Positions 10,259 through 20,950 of a stretch of 34,948 nt of DNA are shown here, one piece after another. The stretch is taken from contig NZ_CALJRX010000256.1 of NCBI RefSeq assembly GCF_937976265.1, positions 1 to 34,948 of the forward strand. The letters are read 5' to 3'. The DNA is from an uncultured Haemophilus sp. (GTDB taxonomy: Bacteria; Pseudomonadota; Gammaproteobacteria; Enterobacterales; Pasteurellaceae). The stretch's first letter is position 1; every line of letters starts with the position of its first letter. The notes below the pieces were generated by a model. The model was not told the DNA's origin and did no database searches. It saw only the letters and a list, made by a program, of their open reading frames with translations. The position numbers and the translations under genes are program-made.

Positions 10259-11212
10259 ATGCAGCGTTTAAAGACACCATTAGAAATATTTTTGTGGACA
10301 ATTGGTATATTGTTTGGAATTGTCACGTTATTATTTATTTTGAGTTATTTTGTATTTTATGTTTTGTTCTCTTCAGCTCCACAAGATTGGGGGCTTAGAG
10401 GCGTTCAGTTACAAGATAAACCGTATTTAGCAGGTATTGATGATCTATCTCCGAATGCATTTGTTTTTGCAACAACCGGAGAAGATGCGCCAGATTATGT
10501 TATTACGCTCGATAATACGTATTTTAAGTGGGGCGATTTTCGTTTAAATAAACTTTCATTAAATAGTAATGTCGTTAGCATCAATGATTTGGTTAGATTG
10601 GGTAAACAACATGATACTGACTTAGGCATGCCGGAAACGATTTCTATTAATGGACAGTCTTGTTTGAGTAGAGGAAGTTTTGTTTTTGTACGAATAAAAG
10701 GTAAGGGGCCTTCGATGTCTTATTCTGATTTTACCTTAGCCAGTTGTGAAATACCTGAAGGTGAAGTTATTCTACCGACGATTCGTTTAAAGAGTAAAGT
10801 TGCATTTTATGAAAATCGCCAGCTCAATTATGATTATCTTTGGAAACATAATGAGTTAATAAGTTCACAAATAAAGCAAGCTCATAGTTATAATGCGAAC
10901 TTTGTAGAGCCGAGTTTGCAAGTTCAGTTAGCTAATGATAAAGATAAATTTGATATTTGGTGGTATTACACTGATTTAACCAATCATGCGAAGCTTATCC
11001 AAGTTGTTCACGCTGATTATATGGATAAAGCAAGTAGTGAAAGGAATTTTGTTATTGGTGAGTGTCGTTATAAAGTAGGTAACACTCAAATTTATCTCAC
11101 TGATTTAACAAAAGATACCGCACATTGGAATTTTATTGATGATTTCGATTCAGGTGATATTTCTGATAAATGTAAAATGCAAATCTTGCCTTATCGTTTG
11201 GTGAAACGGTAA
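10259..11212 (+). CDS. Hypothetical membrane-anchored protein (single N-terminal hydrophobic anchor, exported domain)
   Basis: 317-aa ORF, AGGA RBS, hydrophobic aa ~10-37, four Cys in the soluble part. No family recognised. Confidence 0.7.
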   Translation: MQRLKTPLEIFLWTIGILFGIVTLLFILSYFVFYVLFSSAPQDWGLRGVQLQDKPYLAGIDDLSPNAFVFATTGEDAPDYVITLDNTYFKWGDFRLNKLSLNSNVVSINDLVRLGKQHDTDLGMPETISINGQSCLSRGSFVFVRIKGKGPSMSYSDFTLASCEIPEGEVILPTIRLKSKVAFYENRQLNYDYLWKHNELISSQIKQAHSYNANFVEPSLQVQLANDKDKFDIWWYYTDLTNHAKLIQVVHADYMDKASSERNFVIGECRYKVGNTQIYLTDLTKDTAHWNFIDDFDSGDISDKCKMQILPYRLVKR

Positions 11213-11246
11213 TAGAATCAATCAAATTAAAATGCTTAAAAATGCA

Positions 11247-11284
11247 AAGTGCGGTCAAAAACACAAGAATTTTTGGCCGCACTT
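11247..11284. terminator. Inverted-USS hairpin between convergent genes (probable pyrG terminator)
   Basis: AAGTGCGGTCAAAAA...TTTTTGGCCGCACTT: one exact USS and one 1-mismatch USS. Confidence 0.75.
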
Positions 11285-11305
11285 GTTTATGGTATTATCA
11301 GTAAA

Positions 11306-12976
<1,671 letters not shown>

Positions 12977-12978
12977 TT

Positions 12979-13059
12979 ATAGCCAATCATCTTTTATGCA
13001 AATTTGTGCAGAATGCTGAAAAGTGCGGTCAAAAATAAAAGAAAAAGATGATTAGCTAT
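12979..13059 (-). repeat. 17-bp inverted repeat (long hairpin) in the predicted pyrG 5' leader, enclosing a USS
   Basis: Arms are ATAGCCAATCATCTTTT (12979-12995) and AAAAGATGATTAGCTAT (13043-13059), 16/17 complementary. The mismatch becomes a G-U pair on the pyrG-sense strand. USS at 13021-13029. Confidence 0.8.
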
Positions 13060-13073
13060 CAAGACGGGAGGAT

Positions 13074-13102
13074 AGTTTACAGGATTTGAGATTTTTATAC
13101 AA
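13074..13102 (-). promoter_or_regulatory. Putative sigma70 promoter of pyrG
   Basis: Minus strand TTGTAT-17 nt-TAAACT, followed by ATCCTCCCGTCTTG. Confidence 0.6.
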
Positions 13103-13152
13103 TCTTGTCTTGTCAGGAATGTATGAAAATTAAATGGCTTATCATATTCTCC

Positions 13153-13167
13153 ATTCTACGATAGAAT
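13153..13167 (+). repeat. 15-bp direct repeat, left copy (ATTCTACGATAGAAT), containing a TAGAAT -10-like hexamer
   Basis: Identical to 16866-16880. Internally dyad (ATTCTA-CGA-TAGAAT). TTATCA lies 17 nt upstream of TAGAAT. Confidence 0.85.
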
Positions 13168-13326
13168 ACGCGGGCCTTTCAGCTATATATGATGCATAAA
13201 TAGAGTTAAGGACGCAGAATCTAAATATATTAATTATTCTAGGTAAAAAAACAGATTACCTAATTTATAAAATAAGTTAAATTTAGCAAGGTTTTCATTT
13301 CACTTGCTTGATATAAAGGAATCAAG

Positions 13327-15039
13327 ATGACTACATTACAACTTGGCATAGACCTAGGTACAACGAATAGCCTGATTGCACAATTTATTGATGGTGAAAC
13401 TAAACTTATTCCTAACCGTTTGGGGCATTTTTTAACTCCATCTGTCGTTAGTATGGCTGAGGATGGCACTATTCTTGTTGGTCTTGCAGCTAGAGAACGT
13501 TTATCTACGGCTCCAGGTCATACTGCTGCTGCATTTAAACGTTTTATGGGTACAGATAAACGTTTTCATCTAGGTAATCAGCAGTTTAGAGCTGAAGAGC
13601 TTTCGGCATTAATTTTAAAAAGTTTAAAAGAAGATGCAGAAGCATATTTACAACAAGAAGTTAGAGATGTAGTAATAACCGTACCTGCTTATTTTAATGC
13701 AATCCAGCGTCAGGCAACACAACAAGCAGCACAGATGGCTGGGCTTAATGTATTGCGATTACTTAATGAACCAACAGCTGCTGGACTAGCCTATAATTTA
13801 CAGGAAAAACCAGATAATACTCGTTTCCTTATTTACGATTTGGGTGGTGGTACTTTTGATGTATCAATTTTAGATTATTTTGATGGTGTTGTTCAGGTTT
13901 CTGCCAGTGCAGGAGATAATCATCTCGGTGGAGAGGATTTTTTGCAAGCTTTGAAACATTGTTTCTTGCAACGCTGCACTGAGCTTTCTAAGTTAGATAT
14001 TGAAAAATTGAATTTACAGAAAGATATTTGGCAACCACTTGAAATAGCTAAACGTCAATTGAGCCAAGAGTCAGAGGTCGATATTTCAATTAACTTTGAA
14101 GGGAAAGAATATAAAGCAAGAATTACTCGAGAAGATTTTCAACAAGCTTCTAGTGTACTTTTTTCTCGGTTACGCCAGCCATTAGAGCGAGCCTTACGTG
14201 ATGCGCGATTAAATCCTGAACAAATTGATGGTATTATCCTCGTAGGGGGGGCAACCAGAATGCCAATGATTAGCCGTTCGATTGTTCAACTGTTTAAAAA
14301 AATTCCCCAGTTAGGAGTTAATCCTGATGAAGCTATTGCAAGAGGTGCGGCAATTCAGGCTGCATTAATTTTCCGAAATCAACATTTGGATGAAGTGATT
14401 TTAACAGATGTAATGCCTTTTTCTCTTGGTACTGACACGTCAATTAATCTTGGTAATGGGCGTATGTCTCATGGGCATTTTAGTCCAATTATTGAGCGTA
14501 ATATGCCAGTTCCTGTTTCTCGTTCTAAAAATTTTGTTACTGCTCTGGATAATCAAACTGAAATCAAATTTGATATATTGCAAGGTGAATCACCTTTAGC
14601 TAGAGAAAATCTGCTATTGGGTGAGATGATTATCAAAATCCCTCCTCTTCCAGCAGGTGAAATTAGTATTGATGCAAGATTTAGCTATGATATCAATGGG
14701 TTGTTGGAGGTTGATCTTATTAACCAAGAATTAAATATTAATGCAAATAAAATTTTTAAACAAAATGCGCTTACATTAACCGAGGATGATATTAAGCATT
14801 CTCGTGCGAGATTAAGAGCTTTAAAAATTCATCCTAGAGATCAAGAAAAAAATATTTATCTTATTGAAAAAGCCAAACGTATATATGAAGAATATCTTGG
14901 AGATAATCGTCATATGATAAGCCAATATTTGGCTCATTTTGAAAGTGTATTAGATAGCCAAGATCAAGTAAGTATTTTACGCGAGCAGAAAGACTTTGAA
15001 GCGTTTTTAGCCAAGTTTGACGGTGGATGGATACTATAA
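13327..15039 (+). CDS. hscC: Specialised Hsp70 chaperone, HscC (Hsc62) type
   Basis: [56 protein letters not shown]. Short (570 aa), with the HscC-like [11 protein letters not shown] and LKIHPRD C-terminal motifs. Confidence 0.9.
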   Translation: MTTLQLGIDLGTTNSLIAQFIDGETKLIPNRLGHFLTPSVVSMAEDGTILVGLAARERLSTAPGHTAAAFKRFMGTDKRFHLGNQQFRAEELSALILKSLKEDAEAYLQQEVRDVVITVPAYFNAIQRQATQQAAQMAGLNVLRLLNEPTAAGLAYNLQEKPDNTRFLIYDLGGGTFDVSILDYFDGVVQVSASAGDNHLGGEDFLQALKHCFLQRCTELSKLDIEKLNLQKDIWQPLEIAKRQLSQESEVDISINFEGKEYKARITREDFQQASSVLFSRLRQPLERALRDARLNPEQIDGIILVGGATRMPMISRSIVQLFKKIPQLGVNPDEAIARGAAIQAALIFRNQHLDEVILTDVMPFSLGTDTSINLGNGRMSHGHFSPIIERNMPVPVSRSKNFVTALDNQTEIKFDILQGESPLARENLLLGEMIIKIPPLPAGEISIDARFSYDINGLLEVDLINQELNINANKIFKQNALTLTEDDIKHSRARLRALKIHPRDQEKNIYLIEKAKRIYEEYLGDNRHMISQYLAHFESVLDSQDQVSILREQKDFEAFLAKFDGGWIL

Positions 15040-16782
15040 ATGAATTGTTGGGAAGTTTTAGAAATTGAGCCTACAACAGATGAGCGTGAAATTCGTCGTG
15101 CTTATGCTAAAAAACTAAAAATAACTCGTCCAGATGATGATCCGACTGGTTATCAAGTGCTTAGAGACGCTTTTGATGAAGCGTTACGAATAGCCCCTTA
15201 TCTTGATAAATTGGAGGACGAAGCCGATATTAAGGAAGATTTTTGCGAGATATCTAAATCTGAAAATACGGTTGATTTTTTCGGAAATTTGTCAAAAAAC
15301 GCACCTCTAGAAATTCAACCATATGAACCTGAAGATCCTTATGATGAATCTCAATATGAGTTTGAAATTCAAGATATTAATCACTCTGGTACTAATGAAC
15401 CTAGTTATACTGAATCAGATGCATTACTCAATGAGGTTTATCGTATTATCAATACGGAAGGTGAGCAAGAATTAGAAAAACAATGGAATAGATTTTATCT
15501 TGCATTAAACCAACTTCCAATCGAGCAAACAGAATATATTTCTTGGCAGATGTGGAATTTGCTGCTGGATGTTCGGCTTGAAAATGTATTTGTTTGGAAA
15601 CAATGGTCAGATTATTTTAACTGGCATAGTGATTATAAGTTTGCACAGCATTGCAATCCAGAGTATTTGATTTATATTCAAGATAAGGTTCAATTAGCAA
15701 CGGATCTAATTAAGGATAAAGAAGATTACACGACAGAGCTAAGGCAAATACCAATGCCAATATTAAGAGCTGTGTATCAAAGAATATCTCAAAGAATGAG
15801 TTATATATTGACATTGTTTTATCTTATTCTGATTTCTCCCTTTACAAAGGCGGAAGAGGCCAGGTATCAGTGGGAATATAAACAAATAACAAGTCAAATC
15901 CCTAAATTGCAAGATATTTTCCTTTATGCTGTTATCGGTAGAGCAACATTACTAATAGGAATGTTAATTTTTTATGTGCCTTATATTATGTTTGAAAGTG
16001 CAGGATTTGAATATAACACAAAAATTAAATTACTAAGGTTTTTAATACAGTCATACGCATCTTTTTTTATTATATTAGTTATAGGTGGGGTATTTGCTTC
16101 GCTGATTATTTATGCAAAATCTCTTATCTATAAGCCTTCTCTGCAAGTAACAGAAAAGAGCATGATTATAGAAGGAATAATTTCTCTTATAATTTTAATT
16201 ATCGCTATATTCCTTTTTCCTGATATAGTTAATAATCCAATTTATAATTTTCTTATTGTTGCAATAATTGCTTTGGCTATATCAAAATCTTTAGATGATG
16301 ACTATAACTTTTGGGCTTCACATTTTGTGCCAGGGGCTATTTTTATCGTTATTTTATTAAGCTTTGGTATTATAACTATTCATAGTTTCTATATTGTTAT
16401 CGCTGGTATTGTATTGTGGGTGAATATTAATATTTTAGTCGTTAACTTTAAATTTAGCATTATTAAGCGGTTTATGGATGTAGATTATGGATTGTCTGAT
16501 AAGTTATTTACTTTAACTAATATTCTGAGGTTACCAATTAACTTTGTTGGTTTGATTTTCTATTGGATTTTCTTTTTACCATTTCATTCGGCAAGGTTGT
16601 ATTTTAATGTTCGAACAAGGGTAGTTTTCTTCGATATTACAGTGTTTGCGTTGATTTTAAGCCTCCCATTTTTATCTTTTGTTGGGAACTATTATGCTTT
16701 CCTTTATGCCTTAATGATATATTTCTCAGTCATTATCCAATTTCAAATTAAGAATTGGGTGTTTAGGCGGTTAGGTAGTTAG
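15040..16782 (+). CDS. J-domain co-chaperone (DjlB/DjlC-like N-terminus, RPD motif) fused to a polytopic membrane domain
   Basis: N-terminus MNCWEVLEIEPTTDEREIRRAYAKKLKITRPDDDPTGYQVLRDAFDEAL, an acidic linker, and about 9-10 hydrophobic segments in the C-terminal half. The ATG directly abuts the hscC stop (TAAATG). Confidence 0.85.
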   Translation: MNCWEVLEIEPTTDEREIRRAYAKKLKITRPDDDPTGYQVLRDAFDEALRIAPYLDKLEDEADIKEDFCEISKSENTVDFFGNLSKNAPLEIQPYEPEDPYDESQYEFEIQDINHSGTNEPSYTESDALLNEVYRIINTEGEQELEKQWNRFYLALNQLPIEQTEYISWQMWNLLLDVRLENVFVWKQWSDYFNWHSDYKFAQHCNPEYLIYIQDKVQLATDLIKDKEDYTTELRQIPMPILRAVYQRISQRMSYILTLFYLILISPFTKAEEARYQWEYKQITSQIPKLQDIFLYAVIGRATLLIGMLIFYVPYIMFESAGFEYNTKIKLLRFLIQSYASFFIILVIGGVFASLIIYAKSLIYKPSLQVTEKSMIIEGIISLIILIIAIFLFPDIVNNPIYNFLIVAIIALAISKSLDDDYNFWASHFVPGAIFIVILLSFGIITIHSFYIVIAGIVLWVNINILVVNFKFSIIKRFMDVDYGLSDKLFTLTNILRLPINFVGLIFYWIFFLPFHSARLYFNVRTRVVFFDITVFALILSLPFLSFVGNYYAFLYALMIYFSVIIQFQIKNWVFRRLGS

Positions 16783-16865
16783 GTATTATCTTGTAGTTTA
16801 TTAGGCACATAATAGTAATTTTCATCTATCGATATGTTATATCAAAGATAAGTGCTTATTAGTTT

Positions 16866-16880
16866 ATTCTACGATAGAAT
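16866..16880 (+). repeat. 15-bp direct repeat, right copy; likely the -10 region of a glmU promoter
   Basis: ATTCTACGATAGAAT ending 29 nt before the glmU ATG. Confidence 0.85.
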
Positions 16881-16909
16881 GAATAAAATTTTAGTAGTAA
16901 GGGGAGTTT

Positions 16910-18280
16910 ATGACAAATAAAGCATTAAGCGTGGTGATTTTAGCGGCCGGTAAAGGCACTCGTATGTATTCTGATTTACCGAAAGTCTTGCATAAAGTGG
17001 CAGGAAAACCGATGGTAAAACATGTGATCGATACGGCAAATCAATTAGGTGCGGAAAACGTGCATTTGATTTACGGTCACGGTGGCGAATTAATGCGAGA
17101 ACGTTTGGCAAATGAAAGCGTAAACTGGGTGTTCCAAGCTGAACAATTGGGTACAGGACACGCTATGCAACAAGCGATGCCTTTTTTCCGTGATGATGAA
17201 AATGTTTTAATGGTGTATGGCGATGGCCCAATGATTACACCGGAAACATTGCAAAAATTAATCGATGCGAAACCTGAAAATGGTATTGCAGTGTTAACGG
17301 TCGTATTAGATAACCCAGCGGGTTATGGTCGAATCGTACGTGAAAATGGCAAAGTTGTAGGGATTGTTGAACAAAAAGATGCAACGCCTGAGCAGCTTAA
17401 AATTCAAGAGATTAATACAGGTGTGTTAGTTTCAGATGGTGCAAGTTTCAAAAAATGGTTAGCGCGTTTAGATAATAATAATGCACAAGGTGAGTTTTAT
17501 ATTACTGATGTAATTAGCTTAGCTCATCAAGATGGTTGTCCGATTGTAGCTGTTCAAGCAACTGATTTTATGGAAGTTGAAGGGGTGAATAACCGCCTAC
17601 AATTAGCCAAAATGGAACGCTATTATCAACGTAAACAAGCAGAAAAACTTTTACTTGCAGGCGTGATGTTGATTGATCCTGAGCGTTTTGATTTACGCGG
17701 CACATTAGAGCACGGTAAAGATGTTGAAATTGATGTGAACGTGATTGTGGAAGGCCATGTGCGTTTAGGTGATCGTGTGAAAATCGGTGCGGGTTGTGTA
17801 TTGAAAAATGTAACCATTGGTGATGATGTTGAGATCAAGCCTTATTCTGTTTTAGAAGATGCCACTATTGGTGAGAAAGCGGCGATTGGTCCATTCTCTC
17901 GTTTACGCCCAGGTGCTGAATTAGCGGCTGAAACCCATGTGGGCAACTTCGTGGAAATTAAAAAATCCACAGTAGGTAAAGGCTCTAAAGTAAACCACCT
18001 CACTTATGTGGGTGATACCGAAATCGGTGAGAACTGTAACATTGGTGCAGGTGTCATTACTTGTAACTATGACGGTGCGAATAAATTTAAAACAATCATT
18101 GGTAACAATGTATTTGTTGGATCGGATACGCAGTTAGTCGCGCCAGTTACCGTCGCAGATGGAGCAACCATTGGGGCTGGTTCAACGATCACTCAAAATA
18201 TTGAGAAAGATGAGCTGGTGATTACTCGTGTGCCACAACGTCATATTCAAGGTTGGCAAAGACCGGTGAAGAAAAAGTAA
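16910..18280 (+). CDS. glmU: Bifunctional UDP-GlcNAc pyrophosphorylase / glucosamine-1-P acetyltransferase
   Basis: [27 protein letters not shown], hexapeptide repeats, [10 protein letters not shown]. Confidence 0.99.
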   Translation: MTNKALSVVILAAGKGTRMYSDLPKVLHKVAGKPMVKHVIDTANQLGAENVHLIYGHGGELMRERLANESVNWVFQAEQLGTGHAMQQAMPFFRDDENVLMVYGDGPMITPETLQKLIDAKPENGIAVLTVVLDNPAGYGRIVRENGKVVGIVEQKDATPEQLKIQEINTGVLVSDGASFKKWLARLDNNNAQGEFYITDVISLAHQDGCPIVAVQATDFMEVEGVNNRLQLAKMERYYQRKQAEKLLLAGVMLIDPERFDLRGTLEHGKDVEIDVNVIVEGHVRLGDRVKIGAGCVLKNVTIGDDVEIKPYSVLEDATIGEKAAIGPFSRLRPGAELAAETHVGNFVEIKKSTVGKGSKVNHLTYVGDTEIGENCNIGAGVITCNYDGANKFKTIIGNNVFVGSDTQLVAPVTVADGATIGAGSTITQNIEKDELVITRVPQRHIQGWQRPVKKK

Positions 18281-18290
18281 TTAACATTGC

Positions 18291-18316
18291 AAGGCGAACC
18301 AATGTGTTCGCCTTTT
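18291..18316 (+). terminator. Intrinsic terminator after glmU
   Basis: AAGGCGAAC-CAATGT-GTTCGCCTT followed by TT. Confidence 0.8.
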
Positions 18317-18397
18317 ATAATTTGATGCCTTTTACTTTATAAAGGCTATTCGAGTTGCTACAATCAACATTTCTTTGATAACGATAGATAATTTCCT

Positions 18398-18889
18398 ATG
18401 ACAAAAAATAAAACAGGACTTTCATTCCTTTGGATAAGTGCGGTCGCTTTTATCCTCGATTTATTAACCAAATATATTATAGTGCAACGCTTTGATCTCT
18501 ATGAAAGCGTAAATATATTGCCCATTTTTAATTTAACCTATGTGCGTAACTATGGTGCAGCGTTTAGCTTCCTTGCTGAACATGATGGCTGGCAGAAATA
18601 TTTCTTTATCGTGCTCGCAATTGGAATTTCTTTAATGCTGGCTTACTTTATGAAAAAGAATTCAGCAGAACAAAAATTACAAAACTCAGCTTATGCACTG
18701 ATTATTGGTGGTGCGTTAGCCAATATGGTGGATCGTGCGTATAACGGTTTTGTGGTGGATTTCTTAGATTTTTATTGGGATATTTATCATTATCCGGTAT
18801 TCAATGTGGCAGATATTGCGATTTGTATTGGTGCGGGTTTATTAGCCTTAGATGCCTTTAAAGGTGATAAAAAGAGCGGTCAAAAATGA
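18398..18889 (+). CDS. lspA: Lipoprotein signal peptidase II
   Basis: [31 protein letters not shown]. Confidence 0.98.
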   Translation: MTKNKTGLSFLWISAVAFILDLLTKYIIVQRFDLYESVNILPIFNLTYVRNYGAAFSFLAEHDGWQKYFFIVLAIGISLMLAYFMKKNSAEQKLQNSAYALIIGGALANMVDRAYNGFVVDFLDFYWDIYHYPVFNVADIAICIGAGLLALDAFKGDKKSGQK

Positions 18890-19830
18890 AGATAATTTTA
18901 GCTAACCCTCGCGGATTTTGCGCGGGTGTCGATCGAGCCATTAGCATTGTTGAATTAGCGCTTGAAATTCATGGTGCACCAATTTATGTGCGTCATGAAG
19001 TGGTGCATAATCGTTTTGTGGTGAATGGCTTGCGTGAGCGTGGGGCAATTTTCGTAGAAGAATTAAGTGAAGTGCCAGATGGCGCCATTGTGATTTTCTC
19101 CGCCCATGGCGTGTCACAAGCCGTTCGTCAGGAAGCAAAAGATCGTCAGTTAAAAGTATTTGATGCAACTTGTCCGTTGGTAACCAAAGTACATATGCAA
19201 GTGGCACGTGCAAGCCGTAAAGGGACGAAAGCGATTTTGATCGGACACAAAGGCCATCCCGAAGTGGAAGGCACAATGGGGCAGTATAATAATGCCGAAG
19301 GTGGTATTTTCTTAATTGAAAGCGTGGAAGATATTGCTCGTTTGCCGGTTCAAGAAAATGATGATTTAACCTTTATGACGCAAACCACACTTTCTCTTGA
19401 TGATACGGCGGAAACTATCAGTGCATTGAAAGACAAATATCCTGCGATTCAAGGTCCGCACAAAAACGATATTTGCTATGCTACAACCAATCGCCAAGAA
19501 GCAGTGCGTGAATTAGCGAAACAGTGTGATTTAGTGGTCGTTGTAGGTTCTAAAAACTCATCAAATTCTAACCGTTTAGCTGAGTTGGCATCGCGTATGG
19601 GCGTGAAATCAAAATTGATTGATGATCCAAATGATGTGGCGGCAGATTGGTTTGAAGGCGTTGAAACAATTGGCGTAACAGCGGGGGCTTCAGCACCTGA
19701 AGAGCTGGTGCAATCTGTGATTGCTCGATTAAAAGAATTTGGTGCCGATACTATTGAAGAACTTCAAGGCTTAGAAGAAAATATGTTCTTTGAAGTGCCA
19801 AAAGAGTTAAGAATTAAAGAAGTAAATTAA
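18886..19830 (+). CDS. ispH: 4-hydroxy-3-methylbut-2-enyl diphosphate reductase
   Basis: [44 protein letters not shown]. 4-nt overlap with lspA. Confidence 0.99.
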   Translation: MKIILANPRGFCAGVDRAISIVELALEIHGAPIYVRHEVVHNRFVVNGLRERGAIFVEELSEVPDGAIVIFSAHGVSQAVRQEAKDRQLKVFDATCPLVTKVHMQVARASRKGTKAILIGHKGHPEVEGTMGQYNNAEGGIFLIESVEDIARLPVQENDDLTFMTQTTLSLDDTAETISALKDKYPAIQGPHKNDICYATTNRQEAVRELAKQCDLVVVVGSKNSSNSNRLAELASRMGVKSKLIDDPNDVAADWFEGVETIGVTAGASAPEELVQSVIARLKEFGADTIEELQGLEENMFFEVPKELRIKEVN

Positions 19831-19835
19831 ATTAA

Positions 19836-19862
19836 AAAAGGCGTGCCATAGGTTCGCCTTTT
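19836..19862 (+). terminator. Imperfect terminator-like hairpin between ispH and rdgB
   Basis: AAAAGGCGTGCC-ATA-GGTTCGCCTTTT, with one mismatch and one G-U pair. Confidence 0.55.
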
Positions 19863-19880
19863 GTTTAAAGGGGAAATGAG

Positions 19881-20480
19881 ATGAAACAAAAAATTGTGCT
19901 TGCCACCGGTAATAAAGGCAAAGTAAAAGAAATGGCGGATGTATTAGCCGATTTCGGTTTTGAAGTCATTGCCCAAACGGATTTAGGCATCGAAAGTCCA
20001 GAGGAAACAGGCTTAACGTTTGTCGAAAATGCGATCCTGAAAGCACGCTATGCGGCTGAAAAATCAGGTTTACCGGCCATTGCCGATGATTCCGGTCTCG
20101 TAGTGGGTGCGTTAAATGGTGCGCCAGGATTGTATTCTGCACGTTATGCTGGAGTAGATGGAGAGGAAGCTGATGCGAAAAATCGTGAAAAATTACTGGC
20201 AGAATTAGCCGATGTACCAACTGAACGTCGCCAAGCAAAATTTGTGAGTACGATTGTGTTATTACAACACCCAAGTGATCCTTCTCCGATCATTGCTCAA
20301 GGTGAATGTGATGGGCAAATTATTTATGAAGAAAAAGGTGAAAATGGCTTTGGTTATGATTCGCTCTTTTTTAGCCCAGAAAAAGGCTGTACTTTTGCCG
20401 AATTAGAAACCGTAGAGAAAAAGAAAATCTCTCATCGTGCGAAGGCATTGGCCGTTTTAAAATCAAAATTAAGCGTCTAA
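19881..20480 (+). CDS. rdgB: dITP/XTP pyrophosphatase
   Basis: [36 protein letters not shown]. Confidence 0.97.
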   Translation: MKQKIVLATGNKGKVKEMADVLADFGFEVIAQTDLGIESPEETGLTFVENAILKARYAAEKSGLPAIADDSGLVVGALNGAPGLYSARYAGVDGEEADAKNREKLLAELADVPTERRQAKFVSTIVLLQHPSDPSPIIAQGECDGQIIYEEKGENGFGYDSLFFSPEKGCTFAELETVEKKKISHRAKALAVLKSKLSV

Positions 20481-20518
20481 AGTGCGGTTAATTTTTAATG
20501 AGAATTTAAGGATACAAA

Positions 20519-20836
20519 ATGATTGTGACAACAACCCCTAATGTTGAAGGGAAACAAATCGTAGAATATAAACAAGTCGTCTTTGGTGAAGTGATTGCGG
20601 GTGCCAATTTCATGCGTGATTTTTTTGCGGGTATCACAGATGTGATTGGAGGGCGTTCTAGTGTTTATGAACATCGTATTAGTCGTGCGCGTCAAGATGC
20701 GTTGAAAGAACTAGAAAAAAAAGCATATGCCTTGGGTGCTAATGCTATTGTTGGCGTGGAAGTTAACTACACAACGGTAGGCACGAAAAGCATGTTTATG
20801 GTGATTGCAAGTGGCACGGCAGTGGTGGTGCGCTAA
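20519..20836 (+). CDS. ybjQ: UPF0145 / YbjQ-family protein
   Basis: [43 protein letters not shown]. Confidence 0.9.
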   Translation: MIVTTTPNVEGKQIVEYKQVVFGEVIAGANFMRDFFAGITDVIGGRSSVYEHRISRARQDALKELEKKAYALGANAIVGVEVNYTTVGTKSMFMVIASGTAVVVR

Positions 20837-20865
20837 GGTTGTTTTTTCATTTGCTTAAATGTGAT

Positions 20866-20887
20866 TTTTGCGATCGGGATCGCAAAA
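20866..20887. promoter_or_regulatory. CRP-S (Sxy-dependent competence regulatory) site upstream of comE1
   Basis: TTTTGCGATCGGGATCGCAAAA matches TGCGA-N6-TCGCA, about 95 bp upstream of a ComEA-family gene. Overlaps the USS at 20886-20894. Confidence 0.92.
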
Positions 20888-20936
20888 GTGCGGTCAATTT
20901 CTTGCGTGTTTTTGGTGTTTCTTAAAAATGTCACTG

Positions 20937-20950
20937 TTGATATGAATCAA
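20937..20950. promoter_or_regulatory. Perfect FNR-consensus box (alternatively an RNA hairpin) upstream of comE1
   Basis: TTGAT-ATGA-ATCAA. It extends to the dyad ACTGTTGAT-ATGA-ATCAACGGT. Confidence 0.45.

Larger units (their letters stand above)
13153..16880. mobile_element. Probable horizontally acquired two-gene islet (hscC + J-domain membrane protein); no mobility gene
   Basis: Bounded by perfect 15-bp direct repeats, visibly AT-rich, no exact USS seen, and located between housekeeping genes pyrG and glmU. Confidence 0.55.

Noticed and set aside
10095..10301. 68-aa hydrophobic minus-strand ORF upstream of the YD-repeat gene
   Set aside because: It overlaps the start of the 317-aa gene head to head in very AT-rich DNA, where F/I/L/N-rich ORFs arise by chance. 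It cannot be fully excluded.
13175..13211. Imperfect hairpin in the hscC leader (possible RNA thermometer or ncRNA)
   Set aside because: It is AT-rich with several mismatches, lies more than 100 nt from the RBS, and matches no family I recognise.
14245..14251. G7 tract in hscC as a possible phase-variation site
   Set aside because: It is short, in frame, and explained by the conserved V-G-G-A motif.
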